Positions 21,313 to 30,482 of a DNA stretch of 64,000 nt are shown here, piece by piece (position 1 is the first letter of the stretch; each line of letters begins with the position of its first letter). Source of the DNA: a virus; the IMG/VR virus record IMGVR_UViG_3300045988_183830, positions 65,888-129,887 of that record, one strand, 5' to 3'. Below the pieces are notes generated by a model that was given only the letters and a program-made list of their open reading frames with translations, was not told where the DNA came from and did no database searches. The translations under genes and the position numbers were made by a program.

Positions 21313-21897
21313 TCAATCGTCTTTTTCGTATACGATTACACCGATACTTGAGATATCCTGAGCGAAGTTCGCGTATTCGTTCTGGATGTACGTTTCAGCC
21401 TTCTGGCGAGACCAGTTGAACTCGTTGCAGACATCCGTCACAAAGTCAGCACGATTGAGGTAAATCCGGCTAATCGGAGTGACGACGAGATTCTTGCGGC
21501 GAAAATCCCACATAAGCAGGATTTCTCTTGCGGAGAAGGGCCGCCCAATCCCTTCCTCCTCAGGTGTGAGTTTATGCTTTGAGCTCACGCCATAAATCTC
21601 TTGGTTCTTGGTTAGTGTCTTTAACCGGAGTTCAATCATATCAAGAAGACGTTTGACTTCTTCGGGGTCTTCATCGGTGGAAAACTCAATCACGGACAGG
21701 CCAATGTCCATGAGGGAAAGAGAGTCTTTCACGGATGCTTTGATTGACTCGCGTACAGCCGGCTCGTCCGACCCAGTAAATTTAGCGAGGTCATCGACGA
21801 GCGCATCGTGGGGTGCATCGCTTGAATGTTTTCCGTTGTTTGCTTGGTGTCGCGGGGTTCCATGTCCGTTGTTCATACTGCTGTTATTCTGCGCCAT
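21313..21897 (-). CDS. hypothetical protein
   Basis: ATG follows the RBS aggaggagg. The listed ORF start at 21921 is a TTG that lies inside the SD. Confidence 0.5.
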   Translation of the reverse strand: MAQNNSSMNNGHGTPRHQANNGKHSSDAPHDALVDDLAKFTGSDEPAVRESIKASVKDSLSLMDIGLSVIEFSTDEDPEEVKRLLDMIELRLKTLTKNQEIYGVSSKHKLTPEEEGIGRPFSAREILLMWDFRRKNLVVTPISRIYLNRADFVTDVCNEFNWSRQKAETYIQNEYANFAQDISSIGVIVYEKDD

Positions 21898-22434
21898 CTT
21901 AATTCCAACCTCCTCCTGCAATTCATGTGTCAGCGCGTTTGTTCCTCTCTACCCAATACCGATGCCACACATTTGAAATGCGGACATTCGAACTCCAAAT
22001 CTGTCTGCTGGAAGATTTGGTGAAATATTAAAAACAGTGCTGGTACGGCCTTGTTTTCTCTGCCGCAAAAAGAATCCGTTCAGTGTCTCGGTGCATCTGC
22101 GGCAGGAAAAGCGGCCTGCCAACACTGTTTTTTGTTCTCGCACACTATACCACAATGCAATAATAATGTCAAGCCTTTACGCACAAAAATGTTGTGAAAT
22201 TCAACAATTACGCCTTGTCGTCTTGACGAATAAACGTGAGATTTTATTGTGCAGAATGACGTTAAATTGTGCGGGCCCCCGTCATTTCAAGCCGCTTTTT
22301 CCTCCACTTTTCCCCACTTTTTTACTAATTTTGCTACAAAAAAATATTTTTCATTTTCGGCTGCTCGTACCTTTGTTTTGTCTTGTGTGTTGTTTTTCCT
22401 TACCCACTATATATTGATATGCCGTCTCAATAAC

Positions 22435-22463
22435 TTGACATTTTTTTACACTCATGCTAATAT
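22435..22463 (+). promoter_or_regulatory. promoter TTGACA-17-TAATAT upstream of the topoisomerase gene, in an AT-rich 0.5-kb leader region
   Basis: aacTTGACAtttttttacactcatgcTAATATagag. Confidence 0.45.
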
Positions 22464-22507
22464 AGAGTTACAGATAGCGATAGAAGGCGAAAAAAGTCGT
22501 CACATTT

Positions 22508-24805
22508 ATGGAAAGGTCGTGTTCTCACATTAAACTAATACTGGCTGAGAAGAAACAGCTTGGTGATTTGATTGCTCAAGCTATCCCCGGCACGGCACGT
22601 TCCGACCGTGGCGCTACCGTAAAAGGTGAGTATGTCATCGTGTGTTCTCAGGGACACCTATTGTCTTTGAAAGAACCTGAAGATTACGATGCCGCTTTTG
22701 GTAAGTGGGATTTGTCTGCACTGCCCATATACTTTCCCAACTGGCAGACCAAAATCAAAGAATATAATGGCAGGGGAGTGAACCCCAATGAGCGCGTTGC
22801 CCGCATTGGCGAGCTGCTAAAACAGTGTAGCTGTGTTATACACGCTGGCGACCCTGACGAAGAGGGACAGCTCCTTATTGATGAACTGCTTCGCTGGCAT
22901 CACTATCGAGGGCCTGTCTACCGTCTGGCGACAGGTGACACATCCATTCCTGCGTTGCAGCGTGCGCTCAATAACCTCAAAGATAACCGTTCCTTTGAGA
23001 ACATGGGGTGGTCTGCCTATGCCCGCAGCGTTGCGGACCTGATGGTTGGCGTCAATATGAGCCGCTATTATTCTTTGGTCAATAATGCTTCGCTGACGGT
23101 TGGCCGTGTGCAGTCCCCGACGCTGGGGCTCGTGGTAGAGCGTGATAAGCTCATTGAGAACCACGTAAAGACGAAATACTATGAAGTCATGGCAAACACC
23201 TCCGTTGCGGGTAAAGTCATTGAAGCGAAGTACAAGCCAAAGAAGGATGACCCTCATCTGGCCGACGGGCTTATCTTGGATAAGCCTTACGCAGAGAGTA
23301 AGGCTGCGATGGTTGCGGGAAAGCAGTTCTCTGGAGCGACTATCACGAAGAAGGTCTCCAAAGAGCAGCCGCCGCTGCCGTTCGATATGTTGGAATTGCA
23401 GGGCTACTGTCTGAAGAACTTCGGCTATAAGCTGGATGACACAATGGAAATCACACAGTCCTTGCGTGATAACTATAATGCCATTACCTACAACAGAACT
23501 CAGGTGCGCTACCTCCCCGAAAACTACTTTGCGGAAGCACCTGCCACGTCCCGTACTGTCATCGCAAACATCAACACGGTAGGGAAGGGCAACTTCAATC
23601 CCATTCAGGGCATGGACTTCAAGACGAAGGGCCGCTGCTTCGATGACTCTAAAATCGAAGCCCATTTTGGAATCATCCCTCAGAATGTAAGCCTCGACCT
23701 CAATAAGATGACGGAGCGGGAACGGAACGTATATCTTGCAATCTGCAAGTATTACCTTATCCAGTTCTTCCCGCCTGCCGAGAAGGAAACTACAAAGCTG
23801 GCCGTTCCCCTGCCGGACGGCGCCACATTGGAGGCTTCCAGCACTGGCGTCCTGAAGCCCGGTTATCTGGTGATGATGCGCGAGGGTGTTGATACACCTA
23901 CGGCATTGAGTATGATACCTGCCGGCAGCTACGACGCCTTTGTTTCTGATGCTCAGGTTTTGGAGAAGGAGACCAATCCGCCTCCGCGTTATACCCAGTA
24001 CACGCTGGCGAAGGACATGAGCCGTATCGCCAAATATGTGACCGACCCTTTCATCAAAAGCACGCTTCTCAAGAAAGATGCTGACGTGGAGGAGAATAAC
24101 GGTGCCATCGGAACCAGTGCGACCCGCGACCAGATAATCTCCGGACTTATCTCCAGAGGTTTTTTACAGGAAAAAGGGAAGTCCCTTATCTCGACACCTC
24201 TCGGACGCGAGCTGTATCGCATTCTTCCTGACGCTCTTCGTGGTCCTGACCTTACCGCTTTGTGGTGGGTCATTCAGGAAGAGATACATGAGGGGAAGGC
24301 AACACCGGAAAAGCTGGAACAGAACGTTCTCGCTATGCTCAAGGATTTCTTGCAGCAGCCGCATCCGAAAGTTGACCCCAGCATTATCCCGACTCGAAAG
24401 GGCTATACACCGATTGGTGTGTGTCCCCGCTGTGGCGGGAACATCATCGAAGGAAAGATTGGCTTCGGTTGCTCCAACTGGAAAAACGGTTGTAAGTTTA
24501 CCATCTGGAAGAAGCCCAAACCTTCACTGTTCCAGCACATTACCTTTACCGAGAAGGATGTCAAGAACTTTCTCGACGGCAAGCCCGTCCACAAGACGAA
24601 GCTGACCAAGAAGGACGGCGGCACGTTCGCCGCAGACCTCGTGATGGATGATAGCCAGCGCAGCGATTGGGGACCGAACTTCACGCTTCAGTTCAACAAT
24701 ACCAAGCCTGCAGGTACGTCCTCGCGTTCTGGCAGCGGCAGCCGTTCCGGTAGCCGCAGCACATCGCGCAGCAGCTCTCGTGGCCGGCGTTCCGGTCGTA
24801 GGTAA
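22508..24805 (+). CDS. topB: DNA topoisomerase III (type IA; Toprim + topo IA core + C-terminal zinc-ribbon region + Ser/Arg-rich tail)
   Basis: The N-terminus IKLILAEKKQLG is like the topo IA MKLIIAEKPS. The sequence also contains IHAGDPDEEGQLL (Toprim DxD), TVGRVQSPTLGLVVERD, and the Cys clusters CPRCGG and GCSNWKNGC. The RBS is weak. Confidence 0.85.
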   Translation: MERSCSHIKLILAEKKQLGDLIAQAIPGTARSDRGATVKGEYVIVCSQGHLLSLKEPEDYDAAFGKWDLSALPIYFPNWQTKIKEYNGRGVNPNERVARIGELLKQCSCVIHAGDPDEEGQLLIDELLRWHHYRGPVYRLATGDTSIPALQRALNNLKDNRSFENMGWSAYARSVADLMVGVNMSRYYSLVNNASLTVGRVQSPTLGLVVERDKLIENHVKTKYYEVMANTSVAGKVIEAKYKPKKDDPHLADGLILDKPYAESKAAMVAGKQFSGATITKKVSKEQPPLPFDMLELQGYCLKNFGYKLDDTMEITQSLRDNYNAITYNRTQVRYLPENYFAEAPATSRTVIANINTVGKGNFNPIQGMDFKTKGRCFDDSKIEAHFGIIPQNVSLDLNKMTERERNVYLAICKYYLIQFFPPAEKETTKLAVPLPDGATLEASSTGVLKPGYLVMMREGVDTPTALSMIPAGSYDAFVSDAQVLEKETNPPPRYTQYTLAKDMSRIAKYVTDPFIKSTLLKKDADVEENNGAIGTSATRDQIISGLISRGFLQEKGKSLISTPLGRELYRILPDALRGPDLTALWWVIQEEIHEGKATPEKLEQNVLAMLKDFLQQPHPKVDPSIIPTRKGYTPIGVCPRCGGNIIEGKIGFGCSNWKNGCKFTIWKKPKPSLFQHITFTEKDVKNFLDGKPVHKTKLTKKDGGTFAADLVMDDSQRSDWGPNFTLQFNNTKPAGTSSRSGSGSRSGSRSTSRSSSRGRRSGRR

Positions 24806-24842
24806 TCTGCGTTCCTATCAATGCTGTATCGTCATATCGTGA

Positions 24843-24915
24843 TTGACATTCTATCATACTTTGTGGTATAGTACAAGTGTTCCAATTAACAAAAATTCAC
24901 CAGAACATTTGTTCA
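24843..24915 (+). promoter_or_regulatory. promoter (TTGACA-18-TATAGT) followed by a LexA/Cheo-type SOS box aGAACatttGTTCa at 24902-24915, then the direct/inverted repeat cttgttatt / aataacaag / cttgttatt
   Basis: The GAAC-N4-GTTC core matches the Firmicutes LexA consensus. It is located about +30 from the predicted TSS, upstream of the ydjM-like gene. Confidence 0.5.
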
Positions 24916-25006
24916 AGATGCTTGTTATTTTCCTGCAATTTTCGATAGGAATAACAAGATTCTTGTTATTGTGCTGTACCCCGTCCTCTTTTATAGGAGG
25001 TGAACT

Positions 25007-25555
25007 ATGGACGGGCGAACCCATACTTTTGCCGGTTACACGGCTGGCCTGCTGCTTGTGCAGGCACAAATCAACGGATTGTTCGAGCTTCCGGCGCCGG
25101 AGGGGTTACTTCCGGCCCTCGGAGTGGTCGGGCTGTCCATGGCAGGCTCTCTCGCGCCTGACATCGACCTTCCGTGCAGCAAGGCGGGGCGTAAGAATAA
25201 ACCCGTCTCCGCTGCCGTAAACGCCCTCTTTGGGCATAGGGGTATCACTCATGCTCCTTTCATTTGGGCGGCCTTGTACGCAGCCCTGAGGCTGTTTCTG
25301 GGCATTGAATGGCTGCCCTATATCCTCGCGTTTGTAATTGGTGGAGCAACTCATATCTTGCTCGACCTTTTCAACAAAGCCGGCGTTCCTCTTCTTTGGC
25401 CGATTTCCCACCGCTTCTGGATTTTCGGCATCAAGACCGATGGTGCATCTGGACATACTTTCTCGTTCATTTTGGCGTGTGTTGCCATTCTCTGTACTGT
25501 CAGTTTTGTCTACGAGTCCGGCGATTTTTTCAAGGAGGCGATTAGATTTGTGTGA
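25007..25555 (+). CDS. membrane-bound metal-dependent hydrolase, YdjM/DUF457 family
   Basis: RBS aggaggtga. The motifs APDIDLP, GHRGITHAPF and KAGVPLLWPISHRF match YdjM (PDIDH, GHRGFTHS, PAGVPLLWP). Confidence 0.7.
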   Translation: MDGRTHTFAGYTAGLLLVQAQINGLFELPAPEGLLPALGVVGLSMAGSLAPDIDLPCSKAGRKNKPVSAAVNALFGHRGITHAPFIWAALYAALRLFLGIEWLPYILAFVIGGATHILLDLFNKAGVPLLWPISHRFWIFGIKTDGASGHTFSFILACVAILCTVSFVYESGDFFKEAIRFV

Positions 25556-25604
25556 GTCAACAAATGATACACGTAAGTCAGAAAACGTGCAGTGGGGCGA
25601 GCGC

Positions 25605-26255
25605 ATGGCGACCTATGTAGGTCTTATGAGGTGGAACGGCTACTCTGTTCAGGAGATTGCCGAAAATCTCAACATCTCTCGCCAGCAGGTGTATCTGCAC
25701 CTGCAGAAAATTCCCTTTCCCAACGAGAAGGCAAGGCGGTATCCCCGTCCTGTTCTGGATGAGGAGCAGGTACGTGCTGTCATCAGTTACTTTGCCACCA
25801 ACAAAGATTCATCTGTCACCGCTGCTGCGGAGGCAACTGGAATTTCCCTGTCCGATGTTACGATGCTCTGCAACAACATTCGTGGCGCACACTCATGGTA
25901 TTTCAGCGAAGGGTATCCCCTCATTGCGGATTATCTGAACAAGGAGGGAGTCACGCTGGATTATCTGGAGCAGCTTGCAGGCGTGCAGGGCCTTGCTCAG
26001 TATTTGTTCTCCACATACCCCTATAAGGAGATGCCCCAGTCCCGTGCAAAGGCAGTTGCGGCGGTTATCGACGTTCCTGTGGAGAAGATGATGGCAGTCG
26101 CATTTGCATCCTGCAACATGGCAAATGGAATGGCTACTCCTGAGGAAATGGCCTTGGTTATTGGTTCCGTGACTGGTCGTGAAGCGAATACTCGTCTGTT
26201 CTATCGCGGACGCCGCATCGCACCCTCGCGGTCTCGTATTGGAGGTGATGCATAA
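25605..26255 (+). CDS. helix-turn-helix DNA-binding protein
   Basis: The HTH-like segment is YSVQEIAENLNISRQQVYLHLQKI. The start could be ATG 25605 or upstream TTG 25548. Confidence 0.5.
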   Translation: MATYVGLMRWNGYSVQEIAENLNISRQQVYLHLQKIPFPNEKARRYPRPVLDEEQVRAVISYFATNKDSSVTAAAEATGISLSDVTMLCNNIRGAHSWYFSEGYPLIADYLNKEGVTLDYLEQLAGVQGLAQYLFSTYPYKEMPQSRAKAVAAVIDVPVEKMMAVAFASCNMANGMATPEEMALVIGSVTGREANTRLFYRGRRIAPSRSRIGGDA

Positions 26256-26791
26256 TGTCCGACAAAAACTCCGTGTGCAATTATGACGAGCACCTCGACG
26301 AAGAACACCCTTATCCCGCAGCTCTGCAGCAGATGACGACCAAAGGCCTGTTGATGGCTGGAGCTATTGTAGTCATTCTGATTGCGACCCTCGTACTTCA
26401 GAAAACACATTTTGCATCCATGATTCCTTTTGCCTGTGCCATTCTTCTGCTGGCCGCATATGTGGTCTACACTGCACTGCACCTGCGGACAGAATGGGAG
26501 AACGGTGATATCATCTGCCATGTGGCTACGTGCCGTTCTGTACGGTCGCGGAATTGGCCGCGTGACAGCAAGGAAGTCATCTTTGTAACTGGAGAGGACG
26601 AGGAACAGGAAGCTCATGTGTTCAATCTTCCTGACCGGAAGAACAAAGACCTGTTCCCCGGCTTCAAATATACCATCTACGTCCGCGCCAAAGATGCTAC
26701 GCGCCTTCTGGCCTATCAGGAAATTTACGTTCCTGCGGATGCCAAGGATACCGAGGAAGTCAAAGCGGAACTGAACTCTCGTGACAACTAA
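26255..26791 (+). CDS. membrane protein (2 TM), hypothetical
   Basis: The ATG overlaps the preceding stop codon (ATAATG). There are two hydrophobic helices. Confidence 0.55.
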   Translation: MSDKNSVCNYDEHLDEEHPYPAALQQMTTKGLLMAGAIVVILIATLVLQKTHFASMIPFACAILLLAAYVVYTALHLRTEWENGDIICHVATCRSVRSRNWPRDSKEVIFVTGEDEEQEAHVFNLPDRKNKDLFPGFKYTIYVRAKDATRLLAYQEIYVPADAKDTEEVKAELNSRDN

Positions 26792-26794
26792 ACA

Positions 26795-26822
26795 GCCGGC
26801 CCTAAAGGGCCGGCTTTCTTCA
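26795..26822. terminator. bidirectional terminator between convergent genes
   Basis: cagccggccctaaagggccggctttcttc. Confidence 0.7.
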
Positions 26823-26872
26823 AGCATATAAAAGAAAAGCCCCCGCCGATAGGCGAGGGCTTCCGATTTGGC

Positions 26873-27325
26873 TTAATACAGTGTGTAGGGATTGGCGTTT
26901 TCGGGAGTCTCTGTAGGTTCATCGGCTTCCGCGATTTCCTCTGCGGATTCGCCGTCAGCGGTATCGTCCTCATCGGCATCGGAAGCCTCGGCGGTGTCCT
27001 CGACGGGTTCTGCTGCGGAAGTACCAACGCCCCAGTTGAGAATTGCCTCGTCCTCATCGGACAAAGCAATACGCTGTTTGTCGGCTGTATCACGAATCTT
27101 CTTGACCATCTTATCGCGGTACGCCTTAATAGCGCCCTGAATACGGGTGGCAGCCTGTTCATCAACGACGATTGCGGGCTTCTTGCGGCTTTTTGCGGAC
27201 ACTGTAAAGGCGTTATCCTTCGCGGCAATATCCAGCATAGTGTTGATGTCGGAGACAGCTTTCAGACCGTCCATGACCTGCTGAAGTGCCTGCTGCTGCT
27301 TGGAATCACTGATAATAGCGGGCAT
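26873..27325 (-). CDS. hypothetical protein with strongly acidic C-terminal tail
   Basis: RBS gaaaggagaacaaat precedes the ATG. The C-terminus (...EASDADEDDTADGESAEEIAEADEPTETPE) is D/E-rich. Confidence 0.55.
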   Translation of the reverse strand: MPAIISDSKQQQALQQVMDGLKAVSDINTMLDIAAKDNAFTVSAKSRKKPAIVVDEQAATRIQGAIKAYRDKMVKKIRDTADKQRIALSDEDEAILNWGVGTSAAEPVEDTAEASDADEDDTADGESAEEIAEADEPTETPENANPYTLY

Positions 27326-27344
27326 ATTTGTTCTCCTTTCTTTT

Positions 27345-28034
27345 TTATGTCGCAGGAACTGTGGTGTCAACAGCACCGTCGGCGTTTTCGATGACCTCGC
27401 TCATATCGGCGAGGAAGTAGATGTCATTCTCAGCATCATAGTCGATGTGGGCAACGACTGTTCCCAGCTCTTCGCCAGTAACCTTATCGCAGACCTTGAT
27501 GGTCAGCGTTTCAGAACCGGAGTCGCCATCCACAAGGCTGGAGTCCTGCCATGCCACGCCGTAGTTATCTACGTCGTGATAGACGGCATCCACACCCATG
27601 ATGTCTTCATACCACTGGAAAGCAGCGATGCTGTTGGTATCCATGGCGGGGAAGTCGGCCAGCTTAACAGTGGCGAGTTCCATCGGGGTAGAATACTGAG
27701 GGAACATCATGCGCTCGGCTTCGATATAGAAAACCGCGCCGTTGGGGTTGGAACAGGTGGGGTTCAGGTAGACGGCGTTGGAGCCTGCGTCCTTGTCGCC
27801 CATGCCCAGCGTGACCTCGTAGCCAGACTGCAGGGTGCAGGTCAGCTTCACGTCGTTGCGGTACTTTCCATCACCGATATAGCCCTTGGTATCCTCCATA
27901 CCATCGGGAATAGGTTCGGGATTTTCCAGATTGTACTTCGGGTCGTCAGCGGGATTGTCTCCGTTCTTCTTTCCGCAGCCGGCGATAGTCAGCAGCATCA
28001 GCGCAGCCAGCACCAAGACAAGATACTTTTTCAT
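27345..28034 (-). CDS. lipoprotein
   Basis: RBS gaggaggacaaaaac. The signal peptide with lipobox is MKKYLVLVLAALMLLTIAGC. Confidence 0.7.
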   Translation of the reverse strand: MKKYLVLVLAALMLLTIAGCGKKNGDNPADDPKYNLENPEPIPDGMEDTKGYIGDGKYRNDVKLTCTLQSGYEVTLGMGDKDAGSNAVYLNPTCSNPNGAVFYIEAERMMFPQYSTPMELATVKLADFPAMDTNSIAAFQWYEDIMGVDAVYHDVDNYGVAWQDSSLVDGDSGSETLTIKVCDKVTGEELGTVVAHIDYDAENDIYFLADMSEVIENADGAVDTTVPAT

Positions 28035-28056
28035 GTTTTTGTCCTCCTCAAAACTT

Positions 28057-29550
28057 TTACTGCACAGGGTCAGTGTTCTGTACGGTGTTATCTCCGCAGA
28101 GGATACGGTCTACGAACTGGCAGATGTTGAGCTGTGCGGCACGTTCGGGAGTGTTGGCTTCCAGTTCCTCCAGCAGCTCCACGGTCGTTACTGTGCCGCT
28201 GGTGAGCGTCACATCAGCGCCCGTGACCATTGCTGCATCATACACGGTGGCAGCCTTCTCTGTCATACGGAAGCGTACGATGGTGGGAACCATCTTTGCA
28301 ACACTGACATGGTTCTTCACATACTGGCTCAGTTCGCCCTGCGGGATAGCACCCAACTTGGCGTATACATCATACAACAGGGTGCCGTCGGAGTTCAAGA
28401 GGTCACTGACAACAGCTTTCAGCTTGATGGTCTCATGCCGACGATTATGCTCGTCTTTCTCGCTGATGGTGTACTCGATAGTGGGGTCATCTGCATACAG
28501 CTCCTCGCGGAGAGCGGCGTTGTTATCGTCCACAGTGCGGGTGATAGTGATGACCGCCTCACGACCGAACATCAGGAAACTGGTATCATCTTCCCACAGG
28601 TAATCGCGGACATCCTCGCCATCCTCAGCCAGCCAAGGATTTGCAGCAACGGAAGCTCCTGTAGTGCTGTTGACGCTGAACTGGTCGATACGAAGGATTT
28701 GACCGGCGCCGATATACTCGGTGGCATACTTCCCGACGACTGTGTTCGCCATTTCAACGTTGCACAACTTGGAGCCGATAGCTACAGCACAGTTGTAGAC
28801 GTCAGCGGGAATGGTAGCCACGGCCAGATTGTCCTTGGAGAACTGCGTCCCCGGCAGGACATCGTCCGTGACCTGAATGACCTGAACACTGTCGCCGTGT
28901 ACGTAAGACGTGGTAACGGTCGTACCATCGGAACGCTGAAGCACTGTGGGGTACTGATAGCCGATAGGCGTAGACCGGTTTGCCAAAATGGAATATACAC
29001 AGAAAGCGATAGCTCCACAGGCGACTACAGCCACGACGGGCAGGACAACCTTCTTCATAAAACGCTTGAACGGGCTTACAGGCACCATACTGGTTCCAGC
29101 AGCATCACTGGCGGATACGGTAGGCTTACGCTTTTTCTTCTCCTCACGTTCCCGCTGCTTCTCGGCTTTCAGACGCTCCTCCTCCTGCCGCTTCAGCTCA
29201 CGCCAGTCAGGGGCGTCAGCCGTACCTGAGGAGGGAGGCGTCGGTTCAGACTTCGGAGGTTCAGGCTTCTTTGCGGGCTCTTTCTTGGGAGGTTCCTTCT
29301 TTTCAGGGGGAGCAGGGGGAGGGTCATCTCCTCCATTGGTTGCGGGTACAACGATGGTCGTCTGCTTCTTTGCGCTGCCGACACGTCCGGTCAGCTTACC
29401 GTTATCGTCGCACTCATAGAAGCGACTGTTGGCATCATCGAAATATCCGGTGCAGACGTTGCCGGCGCCCAGCTTGAACTGACGTTTGGGCAACTTGGTG
29501 ATTTGTGCGACTTCCTCTGCAGTGAAAGTCCACGTGTTATCTCGTGCCAC
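28057..29550 (-). CDS. membrane protein with SAF (CpaB/RcpC/FlgA-like) domain and Pro/Lys/Glu-rich cytoplasmic N-terminus
   Basis: GTG start after aaggaag. A TM helix (VVLPVVAVVACGAIAFCVYSIL) is followed by a SAF-like segment (VQVIQVTDDVLPGTQFSKDNL...VVGKYATEYIGAGQILRIDQF). Confidence 0.45.
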   Translation of the reverse strand: MARDNTWTFTAEEVAQITKLPKRQFKLGAGNVCTGYFDDANSRFYECDDNGKLTGRVGSAKKQTTIVVPATNGGDDPPPAPPEKKEPPKKEPAKKPEPPKSEPTPPSSGTADAPDWRELKRQEEERLKAEKQREREEKKKRKPTVSASDAAGTSMVPVSPFKRFMKKVVLPVVAVVACGAIAFCVYSILANRSTPIGYQYPTVLQRSDGTTVTTSYVHGDSVQVIQVTDDVLPGTQFSKDNLAVATIPADVYNCAVAIGSKLCNVEMANTVVGKYATEYIGAGQILRIDQFSVNSTTGASVAANPWLAEDGEDVRDYLWEDDTSFLMFGREAVITITRTVDDNNAALREELYADDPTIEYTISEKDEHNRRHETIKLKAVVSDLLNSDGTLLYDVYAKLGAIPQGELSQYVKNHVSVAKMVPTIVRFRMTEKAATVYDAAMVTGADVTLTSGTVTTVELLEELEANTPERAAQLNICQFVDRILCGDNTVQNTDPVQ

Positions 29551-29577
29551 GGGTATCTACTTCCTTTCTTTCTGGTT

Positions 29578-30015
29578 TTACATATTCTGACCGCCGTTGC
29601 TTCCAGCGGAGGGAAGAGGATTTTTCCGGAACGGGTCAGGGCCGGGGTAGGGGCCTTTGTACTCTGTGGGGTCAAAAGCCAAAATCGCATAGACGATAGC
29701 AGGGAACAGAGCCATCCAGAGTACCATTTTCGGCCTGTGGTAGCTGGTAAACCCCTGATAGTCCACACCAAACATGGATACGAACTTCACCCACGTTACG
29801 ATGGTCAGGACGATGTTTACGATAGGCACCAGCATCAGCCACACGTAACGGGTATGTCCATAAGTGGAATAGAACAGGCAGAAGATATTGTAAATCGGCG
29901 TAAAGCCGGCCCAGATGGGATACCCTGCCTTCTTCAAAATGAATGCGTTGAGGAGGTAGATAACGATGATGTTACCTACGGTCCACACCGTTTTGAATTT
30001 TTCATAGCTGCTCAT
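29578..30015 (-). CDS. integral membrane protein (4 TM), hypothetical
   Basis: The ORF is hydrophobic and lies in the same operon as the lipoprotein and SAF-domain genes. Confidence 0.5.
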   Translation of the reverse strand: MSSYEKFKTVWTVGNIIVIYLLNAFILKKAGYPIWAGFTPIYNIFCLFYSTYGHTRYVWLMLVPIVNIVLTIVTWVKFVSMFGVDYQGFTSYHRPKMVLWMALFPAIVYAILAFDPTEYKGPYPGPDPFRKNPLPSAGSNGGQNM

Positions 30016-30045
30016 AGTAATTGTCCTTTCAATAGTTGGTTAAGT

Positions 30046-30279
30046 TTAGAATAGCGTGGTGAGCCAGCCGATGATTGTGTAGAAAATGTTGGGTACGAGG
30101 AAATACAGACCAGCCAGCACTGCAACGATGGTCAGCGCAATAGACAGTCCCTTCCTGACGACCTTACGTGCCACATACAGAGCGGCAATCAGTACCAGCA
30201 GGCTCACAATTTGCGAAGGTGTAAGTGACAAAACCCAGTCTCTTACAATTTCAAATTTTTTGACAAGTTTTTCAAGCAT
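30046..30279 (-). CDS. small membrane protein (77 aa)
   Basis: ATG follows the RBS gcggaggtgcttattt. The ORF-track start at 30327 is an upstream Met with no SD. Confidence 0.5.
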   Translation of the reverse strand: MLEKLVKKFEIVRDWVLSLTPSQIVSLLVLIAALYVARKVVRKGLSIALTIVAVLAGLYFLVPNIFYTIIGWLTTLF

Positions 30280-30345
30280 AAATAAGCACCTCCGCTTGCA
30301 GGTATCTTTAAGGACAACATTCCCCAAATGCCCTTATTACCTGCA

Positions 30346-30388
30346 TTTATTACATATTCTATATTACCACATTCGAACATATTGTCAA
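30346..30388 (-). promoter_or_regulatory. promoter of the minus-strand envelope operon: TTGACA-16-TGgTAATATagaat (extended -10), same architecture as the module promoters
   Basis: The minus-strand read is TTGACAatatgttcgaatgTGGTAATATagaatatg. Compare the module read TTGACAaaatatcaaactgTGGTAGTATagaattat. Confidence 0.45.
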
Positions 30389-30406
30389 GCAATTTAGCCT
30401 GAGTTG

Positions 30407-30437
30407 ACTTGACATTTTTTTATATTCGTGTTATAGT
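30407..30437 (+). promoter_or_regulatory. promoter TTGACA-17-TATAGT for the nuclease gene; 31-nt duplicate of 11119-11149, preceded by an extra TTGAC
   Basis: gagTTGACTTGACAtttttttatattcgtgtTATAGTagaat. Confidence 0.55.
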
Positions 30438-30482
30438 AGAATCATAAAAACACCTCTTGCAGAAAGGACGAATTAGGACATT

